IMG/VR virus record: IMGVR_UViG_3300027566_000158
Coordinates: 1-39,038 of that record
DNA length: 39,038 bases
Strand: one strand, 5' to 3'
DNA from: a virus
Taxonomy: Duplodnaviria > Caudoviricetes
In this document: positions 7,606-15,942 of the stretch, piece by piece
Position numbering within the stretch: the stretch's first letter is position 1
How the letters are laid out: each line of letters starts with the position of its first letter
Translations under genes and position numbers: made by a program
The notes under the pieces: model-generated
The model's input: only the letters and a program-made list of their open reading frames with translations
Told to the model about the DNA's origin: nothing
The model's database searches: none

Positions 7606-8655
7606 ATGATAGGAATTATAGAAACTAGGGAACTTTTCAAAACAGCTAAAGTAGTCTTTGATTCAAGAGAAGATGATGAAGCTAGAAACAAGTGGTTAAG
7701 TCAAAGAGGAAATAGCATAGGCGGTTCAGAGATAGCAAAGATAGCAGGTTTCAGTAAGTACGGTTCAGCTCTTACAGTATTTAATGAGAAGTTAGGACTA
7801 AGTGAAAAGTTTAAAGGCAATATTCATACTCAGTTCGGGAACAGGATGGAGCCACTAATAAGGGAATGGGTCCAAGAAGATTTTGAAAAAGCGACAGGGA
7901 TTAAACTTGCTACATTTGAGTATCCATTTATGATGGTTCACAAAGATTATGAGTACCTAAGTGCTAATATTGATGGCTTGGCAAAATTAGACCAGGATTA
8001 TAGATATTATGAAAACCTAGATACTGGAGAGATCAAGTATATTCCCAAAGATGGACTTATAGGAATTGAAATCAAGACAGCTAGTGAGTTTCTAAAAAAG
8101 ATGTGGGCCGGTGAAGAGATTCCTGACGAATATTACTGTCAATGTCAATGGTATATGGGAATCACAGGGCTTAAATACTTCTTAATAGTCTATCTCTTAG
8201 GTAAAGAAGTTAAGTGGAAACTAGTACCTAGAAATGAAGATGACATTAAAGCTTTATTTGAAATAGGCATTAACTTTTGGAACAATCATATTTTAACAAA
8301 AGTAGCTCCAACTCCTATAGGCCTTGAATGTGAAACTAAAGAAATACTTTTTAAACAAGCTCTAGATAATGATATTGAGGTTACAATTCAAGATAATAAG
8401 TTAGCTAAGTATAAAGACATTGATGAAAAAATAAAGGCTCTAGAAAAGGATAAAGAGCAATTAAAGCAACTTATCTACTTAGACCTGGGAGATAGTAAAA
8501 AAGGTTCAGATGGATTATATAAGATAAGCAGATTTGAAGTTAAAAGAGATAAACTAGACACCAAAACTCTTAAAGAAAAGTACCCAGTAACTTATAAAGC
8601 AATACTTGAAGGCCAAACAGAATTTGTAAATATGAGAATAACTAAGTGTAAATAG
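7606..8655 (+). CDS. YqaJ/lambda-exonuclease family 5'-3' exonuclease
   Basis: WLSQR..SIGGSE, FGNRMEP, SANIDG, IEIKT, YYCQCQWYM. Confidence 0.92.
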   Translation: MIGIIETRELFKTAKVVFDSREDDEARNKWLSQRGNSIGGSEIAKIAGFSKYGSALTVFNEKLGLSEKFKGNIHTQFGNRMEPLIREWVQEDFEKATGIKLATFEYPFMMVHKDYEYLSANIDGLAKLDQDYRYYENLDTGEIKYIPKDGLIGIEIKTASEFLKKMWAGEEIPDEYYCQCQWYMGITGLKYFLIVYLLGKEVKWKLVPRNEDDIKALFEIGINFWNNHILTKVAPTPIGLECETKEILFKQALDNDIEVTIQDNKLAKYKDIDEKIKALEKDKEQLKQLIYLDLGDSKKGSDGLYKISRFEVKRDKLDTKTLKEKYPVTYKAILEGQTEFVNMRITKCK

Positions 8656-8667
8656 GAGGAATACTAG

Positions 8668-9510
8668 ATGGCTAATGTAAACGGAGGATTAGTAAGTCAA
8701 AGTCAACAAAAGCAACCAGCACCAGTGATGAATGTAAAAAGACTATTAAATGATGTGAACTATAAGAAAAGATTTGAAGATATACTCGGAAAAAAGGCAG
8801 CAGGGTTCATGAGTTCAGTTGTTAATTTAACTAATTCAGATACTAATTTAAGTAAATGTGAACCTAATTCAGTTATAGCCAGTGCAGTAGTTGCAGCAAC
8901 TTTAGATTTACCAATAGATAAAAACTTAGGCTTTGCATGGATAGTACCATATGGGAAAAGAGCACAGTTTCAAATGGGTTGGAGAGGATATGTTCAATTA
9001 GCACTTAGAACTGGTCAGTATAAGGCAATAAATGTAATTGAAATATACAAGGGGCAGTTAAAATCATGGAATCCTCTTACAGAAGAATTGCAATTTGATT
9101 TTGATGCTAAAGAAAATGATGATGTTGTAGGATATGCAGCTTTCTTTAAATTAGTAAACGGATTTGAGAAGGTAGTTTATTGGACTAAAGATCAGGTATT
9201 AAAGCATGCAAAAAGGTTTTCTAAAACATTCAGCAATGGGCCTTGGCAAAGTGACTTTGATGGTATGGCCAAGAAAACAGTATTAAAAAGCACCTTAGGC
9301 AAATGGGGAATTCTCTCTATAGAGATGCAAAAGGCTATTGAAACAGACCAGGCAGTAATAAAAGCAGATGTAGCCAATGGTTCTGAAATAGATAGTTCAA
9401 CAGTTGAGTATGTAGATAATCCAGATAATGCACATGATGTAAATTTTGAGACAGTAGATGGAGAGAAAAAAGAAGAAGATTATTCAGATACACCATTTGA
9501 TGAATCATAA
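8668..9510 (+). CDS. recT: RecT family single-strand annealing protein
   Basis: LGFAWIVPY, AQFQMGWRGYVQLALRTGQY, W..DFDGMAKKTVLK; follows YqaJ. Confidence 0.93.
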   Translation: MANVNGGLVSQSQQKQPAPVMNVKRLLNDVNYKKRFEDILGKKAAGFMSSVVNLTNSDTNLSKCEPNSVIASAVVAATLDLPIDKNLGFAWIVPYGKRAQFQMGWRGYVQLALRTGQYKAINVIEIYKGQLKSWNPLTEELQFDFDAKENDDVVGYAAFFKLVNGFEKVVYWTKDQVLKHAKRFSKTFSNGPWQSDFDGMAKKTVLKSTLGKWGILSIEMQKAIETDQAVIKADVANGSEIDSSTVEYVDNPDNAHDVNFETVDGEKKEEDYSDTPFDES

Positions 9511-9522
9511 GGAGATGAGCTA

Positions 9523-9675
9523 ATGCAAGGTCAGCAAACCATAGTGGACGCTTATATTTCAAGACTAAAACTTTTATTAGGAACAGCAAAGATTGATGGA
9601 GCATTTAGGACAGAAAAAGAGATTGAGAAAATGATAGAGGATGCAAAAAAATATAATACTATAATCCCATTTTAG
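9523..9675 (+). CDS. Small hypothetical protein, 50 aa
   Basis: RBS AAGGAG; MQGQQTIVDAYISRLKLLLGTAKIDGAFRTEKEIEKMIEDAKKYNTIIPF. Confidence 0.65.
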   Translation: MQGQQTIVDAYISRLKLLLGTAKIDGAFRTEKEIEKMIEDAKKYNTIIPF

Positions 9676-9682
9676 AAAGGAG

Positions 9683-10135
9683 GTGAGACTAGTGGCTGAC
9701 TTGCTAAAACAAGAAGAAGAGTTTATGAACATGTTAGGAAAAGCAGGTAAACCTTATGAGTATTTTGGGAATGGCTTAATTATAGTTGCAGATGGTCCAG
9801 TAATTAACATTAGACAATATCATTCAGAAGGATTTTGCTTAAGCTCTTGGGTAAACTCTAAGGACTTTATAAAGAAGATAGCAGGTTTATTAAGCGATGC
9901 AAATATATCGTTTGCAAGTTTAATTGAAGGGTTTAATGCTCAAATAAAGGCTATGAATGAAAACAATCTAAAGGTTTATGATGCAGATAATCCTGAATAT
10001 TTTATAACTGGAGTTGAGTATAGCCAGGATGATGACAAATTGATTTTTAAAACAGATGAAGATCCTAATGAGTTCAATAGACTTGAAGAGCTTAGAGAAA
10101 AGCAGAATGAGTCCTCGCCAAAGAACTCATTCTAG
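9683..10135 (+). CDS. Hypothetical protein (start possibly GTG 9692)
   Basis: ORF track; AAAGGAGGTG RBS better spaced for 9692. Confidence 0.75.
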   Translation: MRLVADLLKQEEEFMNMLGKAGKPYEYFGNGLIIVADGPVINIRQYHSEGFCLSSWVNSKDFIKKIAGLLSDANISFASLIEGFNAQIKAMNENNLKVYDADNPEYFITGVEYSQDDDKLIFKTDEDPNEFNRLEELREKQNESSPKNSF

Positions 10136-10199
10136 AAATTAGTTAAGTATTAAATTGTACCGATGGGTACTCGCTAAAGTGCCCATCACCATTATATCA
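10095..10199 (-). ncRNA. Candidate counter-transcribed small RNA / twin-hairpin element
   Basis: Two stems with loops CGCCAA (10116-10121) and CGCTAA (10172-10177); minus-strand TGATATAAT at 10199-10191; short U-tract after the second minus-strand stem. Confidence 0.4.
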
Positions 10200-10292
10200 C
10201 GGAGTATAAAACATGATACAAGCTTATTCTATATTCCACCATTATTTATTATATGCATAAAATAGAATTTTATACTAAGGGAGATGGGATGA

Positions 10293-10574
10293 ATGGAGTT
10301 AAATCAAGTAAAGACACAAGTTGAATACACTCTAAATAATTATCCTGCAACAAGAAATGACGATAAACTTTTGCAAGTTACAATATTAAAAAAATTTTAT
10401 GGAGTTAAATCCATTGATGACATATTAAAACCTAAAGTTCCTTCGCTTGAAAGTATTAGAAGGTGTAGACAAAAGCTTCAGAGCGAAGGCAAATATAAAA
10501 GTTCAATTAATACAAAAGAAGCAAGGCAGATGCAACAAGAGACATATAGACAGTTTGCTGCATCTAAAGAATAG
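10293..10574 (+). CDS. Hypothetical phage protein (small, possibly DNA-binding)
   Basis: ORF track; YPATRNDDKLL...SLESIRRCRQKLQ; RBS AAGGGAG. Confidence 0.75.
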   Translation: MELNQVKTQVEYTLNNYPATRNDDKLLQVTILKKFYGVKSIDDILKPKVPSLESIRRCRQKLQSEGKYKSSINTKEARQMQQETYRQFAASKE

Positions 10575-10577
10575 GAG

Positions 10578-11393
10578 TTGAAGCCTATGGCTATTTTTAG
10601 AGTAGAAAAAAATAAGGATTATTCAACCATTCACAATGGATTTTTAAAGGACAATAGATTAAGTCTTAAAGCTAAGGGACTCCTGGCATATTTCTTAAGT
10701 AGACCGGATGATTGGGATTTTTACAGTAATGAAATCCTAAAGCACTGCAAGGATGGTAAGGACAGTTTAGGGTCTGCCATAAAGGAATTAGAGATTGCTG
10801 GTTATATACAACGAGATTTTAAAAGAAATACCGGTGGAAAGTTTTCAGGAGGTTATGACTATGTAGTTTATGAAATTCCGAATCCACCAAAAGAGGAAAA
10901 TCCGATATCGGAAAAACCGAAACCGGAGAACCCGAATTCGGAAAATCCGCCCCTACTAAATACTGAATCTGGACTAAGTACTGAATCCTTACCAAGTATT
11001 AAATTAAGTAGTAGTAGTAAGGAGCTATCCAATAAAGAAGTATATAACTGTTATGAACAATCCGGATTTGGATTGCTCAATGCAACCCTCATTGAAATGA
11101 TAGATATTGATGTGCAGATGTTCGGCAAGGAATGGGTTATAGATGCAATGAAAGAAGCAGTAAAGCAAAACAGATATAAGCTCAATTATGTAGAGGGCAT
11201 CTTAAGAAATTGGAAGGCTGACGGAAGAAATCCAAAACAGAAGAAGGAGGATAAAGCCAGTGGAGGCAATAGGAGAGCTGATAAAAAAGGCGGTACCTCA
11301 GGACCAAGCAAAGAAACTGAAAGACTTGAAGAATATGCAAGGCAGCAAGGAATCGATATCGACAACCTTAAGGATATTGAATGCGACTTCTAA
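10578..11393 (+). CDS. Phage replication initiator (N-terminal wHTH, C-terminal DnaD domain)
   Basis: LSLKAKGLLAYFLSRPDDWDF; LNYVEGILRNW DnaD motif; internal iterons; start may be ATG 10587. Confidence 0.88.
   Translation: MKPMAIFRVEKNKDYSTIHNGFLKDNRLSLKAKGLLAYFLSRPDDWDFYSNEILKHCKDGKDSLGSAIKELEIAGYIQRDFKRNTGGKFSGGYDYVVYEIPNPPKEENPISEKPKPENPNSENPPLLNTESGLSTESLPSIKLSSSSKELSNKEVYNCYEQSGFGLLNATLIEMIDIDVQMFGKEWVIDAMKEAVKQNRYKLNYVEGILRNWKADGRNPKQKKEDKASGGNRRADKKGGTSGPSKETERLEEYARQQGIDIDNLKDIECDF
10895..11008 (+). repeat. Iteron-like tandem repeats (putative phage origin) inside the initiator gene
   Basis: Four 15-bp units GGAAAATCCGATATC / GGAAAAACCGAAACC / GGAGAACCCGAATTC / GGAAAATCCGCCCCT (10895-10954), then three 18-bp units ACTAAATACTGAATCTGG / ACTAAGTACTGAATCCTT / ACCAAGTATTAAATTAAG. 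Confidence 0.8.
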
Positions 11394-12129
11394 TTGTCCT
11401 TATGGTACATGTGATGGATCCGGAATAAGCTTCATAGACAATAATGGAGAAAGCTATGGAAAGTATTGCAAGTGCAGAGAAGAAATGTTGATGCAAAAGA
11501 GGCTAAATTTCGCAAATATACCTGAAGAATTTAAAGAACTTACTATAAAAAGTTTTAGAACAGATTGCTATAAAACAGAGCTATCAAGAGTAGGAGCTTT
11601 AAGGGCAAAGAAGGCAGCAGCTAATTTTGTAAAAGAGTTTAATAGCTTTCAGGAAATTGGCAAAGGATTATATTTTTATAGCTATGTGAAAGGTTCAGGC
11701 AAGACTAGGTTAGCGGCAAGTATAGGGAATGCTTTGCTAAATGTTCATAAGGTTCCAGTAAAATTTGTTAATACAAGCGATTTACTTGGAGAAATAAAAA
11801 AAACTTGGAATAAGAATTCTCAATTTACTCAGTCGGAGCTTATAGAAGCCATAAATAATGTTGAAGTTTTGATTTTAGATGATTTAGGAGCTGAAACACC
11901 TAAGGATTGGGTAAGTGAGGTAGTGTATTCCATTATGGATCACAGAATGATTAAGAAGAAAGTTACAATATTTACTTCAAATATGAAAGTAGAAGAGCTG
12001 GAGCATGAGGACAGGATTAAAAATCGAATCGAAAAAATGGCAGTACCTATATATCTTCCAGACGAGTCCATAAGAAGTGAAATTGCAAAACAAGAGAATG
12101 AAGAATTAACCAAAATATTATTTAGTTAG
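11260..12129 (+). CDS. DnaC/IstB-like AAA+ helicase loader
   Basis: CxxxxCxGxG..CKC zinc module, KGSGKT Walker A, LILDDLGAE Walker B, IFTSN; GTG after AAGGAGG. Confidence 0.9.
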   Translation: MEAIGELIKKAVPQDQAKKLKDLKNMQGSKESISTTLRILNATSNCPYGTCDGSGISFIDNNGESYGKYCKCREEMLMQKRLNFANIPEEFKELTIKSFRTDCYKTELSRVGALRAKKAAANFVKEFNSFQEIGKGLYFYSYVKGSGKTRLAASIGNALLNVHKVPVKFVNTSDLLGEIKKTWNKNSQFTQSELIEAINNVEVLILDDLGAETPKDWVSEVVYSIMDHRMIKKKVTIFTSNMKVEELEHEDRIKNRIEKMAVPIYLPDESIRSEIAKQENEELTKILFS

Positions 12130-12140
12130 GAGTATGAAGT

Positions 12141-12728
12141 ATGAAGGATAAAATAATAAGTTTGCTTAGCTCTATTAAAGTAGATGGTAAGGATAAATTA
12201 ATAGATTTTTTAGTAACTAGTGATTATTTTACAGCACCTGCAAGCACTAAATATCATGGAAATTTTATAGGTGGATTAGCAGAGCATAGTTACAATGTAT
12301 ACATTCTTTTTAAAGAAAAAAATGAGAGATTCAATCTAGGTTTACCGGAGGACACGATTATTATTACAGCCTTGTGCCATGACATATGCAAGGTTAATTT
12401 CTATAAAAGAGGCATAAAGAACATTAAACAAGGTAAAAAAATTAATTACAGAGGTCAGGAAGTTGATAATTGGGTTGAGAAAGAAGTTTGGGAAGTAGAT
12501 GATATTTACCCAATAGGGCATGCAGAAAAAAGCATCATCATTCTTCAAAGGTTTATAGATCTGAGCCAAGAAGAAATATTGCTTATCAGATGGCACATGG
12601 GTGGATTTGAGAATAAGGACAACTCAATGCATATGTATAAGGCCTATGATATATTGCCAGCCTGTGTTGCACTTCATACAGCAGATATCGAAAGCAGCTA
12701 TTTACTTGAAAAGAAGATGGAGGTGTAG
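12141..12728 (+). CDS. HD-domain phosphohydrolase
   Basis: APASTKYH..GGLAEHS, ALCHDICK, GH, IRWHMG, LHTAD. Confidence 0.9.
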   Translation: MKDKIISLLSSIKVDGKDKLIDFLVTSDYFTAPASTKYHGNFIGGLAEHSYNVYILFKEKNERFNLGLPEDTIIITALCHDICKVNFYKRGIKNIKQGKKINYRGQEVDNWVEKEVWEVDDIYPIGHAEKSIIILQRFIDLSQEEILLIRWHMGGFENKDNSMHMYKAYDILPACVALHTADIESSYLLEKKMEV

Positions 12729-12731
12729 ATC

Positions 12732-13070
12732 ATGAACGGAACTTTAGAAGTAACAATACTTCAAATTGAAGAAAGTAAACTTAAGGCCATGGCTAAAGAG
12801 TTACAGGCGCCAAGCTTTGATCAGAAGATAACAGAAGAATTATATTCTCTAAGAGAGCAGAATGAAAAATTAAAAAAACAGTTAGATATGGTAAAGCATG
12901 ATAGAGGAATATTAAAGAACGCAGTTGAGTCAGGTATATCTATAATAGTTTCTACATCATATCCATCAGTAAATGATGAAGGGAAAAGAATGCTTGATAA
13001 ATATAGGACAGAAATTGGTACAGTGTTAAAAATTTCAGACTTGGTTGAAACACTTATACGTGAAGATTAG
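12732..13070 (+). CDS. Hypothetical coiled-coil protein
   Basis: ORF track; RBS GGAGGTG. Confidence 0.75.
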   Translation: MNGTLEVTILQIEESKLKAMAKELQAPSFDQKITEELYSLREQNEKLKKQLDMVKHDRGILKNAVESGISIIVSTSYPSVNDEGKRMLDKYRTEIGTVLKISDLVETLIRED

Positions 13071-13084
13071 AGGAGTGAGCAACC

Positions 13085-13234
13085 ATAAATAGTGAGAAAG
13101 ATAAAAACAATATTCATGAGTTAGTAGAGCTCATACTAAAGCTCTGGGAAGAAGGTATGAGCCTACAAAAGGCAATAAAAAAAGTTAAGGGGGAAAATTA
13201 TGAAGTTAACAGTTGTTTTAGAAAAGAAATCTAG
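13085..13234 (+). CDS. Possible 49-aa protein with non-canonical ATA start
   Basis: AGGAG RBS 9 nt before ATA; open frame (M)NSEKDKNNIHELVELILKLWEEGMSLQKAIKKVKGENYEVNSCFRKEI fills an otherwise empty operon gap. Confidence 0.4.
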   Translation: MNSEKDKNNIHELVELILKLWEEGMSLQKAIKKVKGENYEVNSCFRKEI

Positions 13235-13754
13235 ATTCAATATAGAGTTGACAGAGTCAGAAGCTAAAAATATGTATAGAAAGATGGTTAATGTAATAGT
13301 TGATTCATTGAATATACACTCAGCAAAGGTAATTAATAAGTTAAAACTTAATGAGGAATATGAAGAAATTGATAAGACTGAGGGGAGTAAGAGAGAAGTT
13401 AATGCTAGTGAAGAGGTAATTTCAGAAGTTAAAGAGCCAAGAACAATTAACTATAAAAGGTTAATAATCGCAAAATGCCCAAGCTGTGGAGAGATAGCTA
13501 CACCAGTAGTAAATGTTAAAGACGGGGAGCTAATGGATAAAAGCAGGCCTTTAATATGTAAGCATTGTCAAGGAGAGCTACCAGCAGGGAAGTTAAAGCA
13601 GGCTAAATATCAATGCCCTAACTGTAATGCAGAAGCAGCGTTTTATACAATCAATGACTTAAAAGAAGTACAGTGCAAAGATTGCGGAAGCTTAATTGAT
13701 TTAGTATGGCATGAGAAAAAAGAAAGATATTTAAGTGCAAATTTAATTAAATAG
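13200..13754 (+). CDS. Multi-zinc-ribbon hypothetical protein
   Basis: Four CxxC pairs (CPSC, CKHC, CPNC, CKDC). Confidence 0.8.
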   Translation: MKLTVVLEKKSRFNIELTESEAKNMYRKMVNVIVDSLNIHSAKVINKLKLNEEYEEIDKTEGSKREVNASEEVISEVKEPRTINYKRLIIAKCPSCGEIATPVVNVKDGELMDKSRPLICKHCQGELPAGKLKQAKYQCPNCNAEAAFYTINDLKEVQCKDCGSLIDLVWHEKKERYLSANLIK

Positions 13755-13766
13755 GGGGAATTATAA

Positions 13767-14012
13767 ATGAAATCAACAGGTGTTGTTAGAAAGATAGATG
13801 ATTTAGGAAGAATAGTTATTCCAATAGAGCTTAGAAGGACTTTAAATCTGGATATAAAAGATCCAGTGGAGATTTATACAGAGGGTGAAATGATAATCCT
13901 TAAAAAATATCAGCCAGATTGCATATTCTGTGGCAATGCAGATAATATCCAGGTGATAAAAGGTAAAAATGTATGCAAGAAATGTCTACAAGAGCTTAAA
14001 GGTGACAAGTAG
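13767..14012 (+). CDS. AbrB/SpoVT-family transcription regulator
   Basis: MKSTGVVRKIDDLGRIVIPIELRRTL; C-terminal CIFC..CKKC. Confidence 0.93.
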   Translation: MKSTGVVRKIDDLGRIVIPIELRRTLNLDIKDPVEIYTEGEMIILKKYQPDCIFCGNADNIQVIKGKNVCKKCLQELKGDK

Positions 14013-14321
14013 ATGAAACTAATGATATTAAGCCATAATGATAAATTAAATCAAGATAACAATCTATGGAATTGGCAAGATATTGTTAAAAAACATAAGG
14101 AAGAAGCTGCAGAGCTGGTAGAGGCTATTAGAAAAGAAGATAAATATCAAATAGCTGAAGAGGTACTAGATGAAATTCAAGTATGTATAGGAATATTGGA
14201 CAAGCTTGAAAATGAAGGAATAGATATAGAGCAAATATTCCTAAAGCATAATAAAAAATTAGTAAACAGAGAATGGAAAGGTAAAGGAGTGGTGAATATC
14301 CTGTGGCAGAAGAGTGTGTAG
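14013..14321 (+). CDS. MazG-like all-alpha NTP pyrophosphatase
   Basis: KHKEEAAELVEA...IAEEVLDEIQV acidic motif. Confidence 0.65.
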   Translation: MKLMILSHNDKLNQDNNLWNWQDIVKKHKEEAAELVEAIRKEDKYQIAEEVLDEIQVCIGILDKLENEGIDIEQIFLKHNKKLVNREWKGKGVVNILWQKSV

Positions 14322-14686
14322 TCTGTGGAAGACCGTATAGTGAGGAGCACCATATAGTGTTTAGGGGGCAGGAAGAGGCTATGATAAACTGTCCTCTAAA
14401 CAAAATAAGGTTATGTTATGTGTGTCATAAAGGAAATGAAGGACCTCATTTAAATAGACAAGTAGATCTAAAATATAAAACTGAGCTTCAAGAAAAGTTG
14501 TACAACTTATTCTTAGATAAAGAATGTTACACAGAAGAAGAGGTAAAAACATTGCTGCAGATACCTAAAAAGCATTCAAGAAAATTACTTAAACCTTTAA
14601 GCATAGTAGTATTAGGTGATCTAGTTGGATACCGTAAAGATGACATAATAAAACAGGCTATGGGAGGTAAATTCTATGGCAAGTAA
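14303..14686 (+). CDS. HNH-like zinc-binding nuclease
   Basis: CVVCG..EEHHIVF..N.IRLCYVCH..GPH. Confidence 0.7.
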   Translation: MAEECVVCGRPYSEEHHIVFRGQEEAMINCPLNKIRLCYVCHKGNEGPHLNRQVDLKYKTELQEKLYNLFLDKECYTEEEVKTLLQIPKKHSRKLLKPLSIVVLGDLVGYRKDDIIKQAMGGKFYGK

Positions 14687-15209
14687 TCCAGGAAAGATTT
14701 TTGAAGCAGATATTATGAATAGCATCCCAGAAGAATTATTCAAGTACAAACTCAGGGATAGTGCTTCAGCATGGAATACTGGAGGAGATTTAACTACAAA
14801 GAGTAGATTTACAACAACAAATATTTGTGATATCCAGTGCCATGATGGTCAATGGTTACATCTCTGGGAATGTAAATCTCACAAAGGTAACAGTTTTCCT
14901 ACATCACCAAAATATAATTCTAACAATAAGCTAACGCATTACGGGATTATAAAAGTTAACCAGCTAAACGGATTGATGGAAGCATATCCTAAGAAAAATG
15001 TTGAAGCAGGATTTCTATTTAATTTTAGTGATAAAGAAAAAACTTATTTTGTAACAGTTACTGAAGTATATGCAGCTCTAGTAGAGGAATTTAAAAAATC
15101 TTTAAATCATGAATGGATTGAATTACATGGGATATTAATTCCTCAAAGTAAAAAGAAAAGAAGTAAAATTCATTACAACTATGAATTATCAGTTCTATTA
15201 AATAACTAG
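14676..15209 (+). CDS. recU: RecU-like Holliday junction resolvase (PD-(D/E)xK)
   Basis: NPGKIFE, CD, ECKS, QL..L, AGFLFNF motifs. Confidence 0.75.
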   Translation: MASNPGKIFEADIMNSIPEELFKYKLRDSASAWNTGGDLTTKSRFTTTNICDIQCHDGQWLHLWECKSHKGNSFPTSPKYNSNNKLTHYGIIKVNQLNGLMEAYPKKNVEAGFLFNFSDKEKTYFVTVTEVYAALVEEFKKSLNHEWIELHGILIPQSKKKRSKIHYNYELSVLLNN

Positions 15210-15223
15210 AGAGGAGAGTATAA

Positions 15224-15856
15224 ATGCCAAAAATAAGAATCATCAATGATAAAACTGGAGAATTTAAAGATATAGACTGCGTAGGTTATAACATTCAATA
15301 TGTTGAATCCAACGGGAATGGACAAGTTCAAAAGATAAGAGATTTAAATAATGGTAAGTGGGGCTATAAACATTGGATAAAGAATGAGTTTTATAGACCA
15401 ATAGCTCAAAAGATAAAGGACATATATAAAGAAAAAATACCAGGTTTTTCACTGATAAATCTAGATAAGATACTTTTCATCGAGGATATTGACTATGTTG
15501 GAGATGAAGTTAAACGTAATGATGATGTTATGTGGATTAAGAAAGTTCCAAAGATACTAACAGATTTCACAGGATATAAGTTCATTATAGAAAGTAGAGA
15601 GTTTTGGATGTCTAGAATATCTAATGAACAGGTAGTAGCTCATATTTACAGCTGCTTAAGGCAAATTGAAGATGGAGACAAGCTTATAGCTCCTGATCTA
15701 ATAGGTTGGAAAGAGGTTATAGGAACTTTAGGGTATGGATGGGAAACAACAATAAGCCCTATACCAGATTTATTAAAAGGATTTAATAGCGATGATTTCA
15801 AGATGCTAAAAAAAGCGGATAAGCAGATCAGAATGGATTTGAGTAACTCTAAATAG
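15224..15856 (+). CDS. Phage metallopeptidase-like protein, HExxH apparently degenerate
   Basis: W....NEQVVAHIYSCLRQI..G.KL..PD..W.EV...G resembles the phage metallopeptidase-like family. Confidence 0.55.
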   Translation: MPKIRIINDKTGEFKDIDCVGYNIQYVESNGNGQVQKIRDLNNGKWGYKHWIKNEFYRPIAQKIKDIYKEKIPGFSLINLDKILFIEDIDYVGDEVKRNDDVMWIKKVPKILTDFTGYKFIIESREFWMSRISNEQVVAHIYSCLRQIEDGDKLIAPDLIGWKEVIGTLGYGWETTISPIPDLLKGFNSDDFKMLKKADKQIRMDLSNSK

Positions 15857-15872
15857 TGCAAAAATAACTAGT

Positions 15873-15920
15873 TTTACAGGCTTGTAGACAACTTAAATGA
15901 AATGTGTACAAGTCTGTAAA
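15873..15920. repeat. Intergenic inverted repeat (14-bp arms, 20-nt loop)
   Basis: TTTACAGGCTTGTA ... TACAAGTCTGTAAA (13/14). Confidence 0.7.
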
Positions 15921-15942
15921 TTCAAAATAGAGGGGAAGCAAT

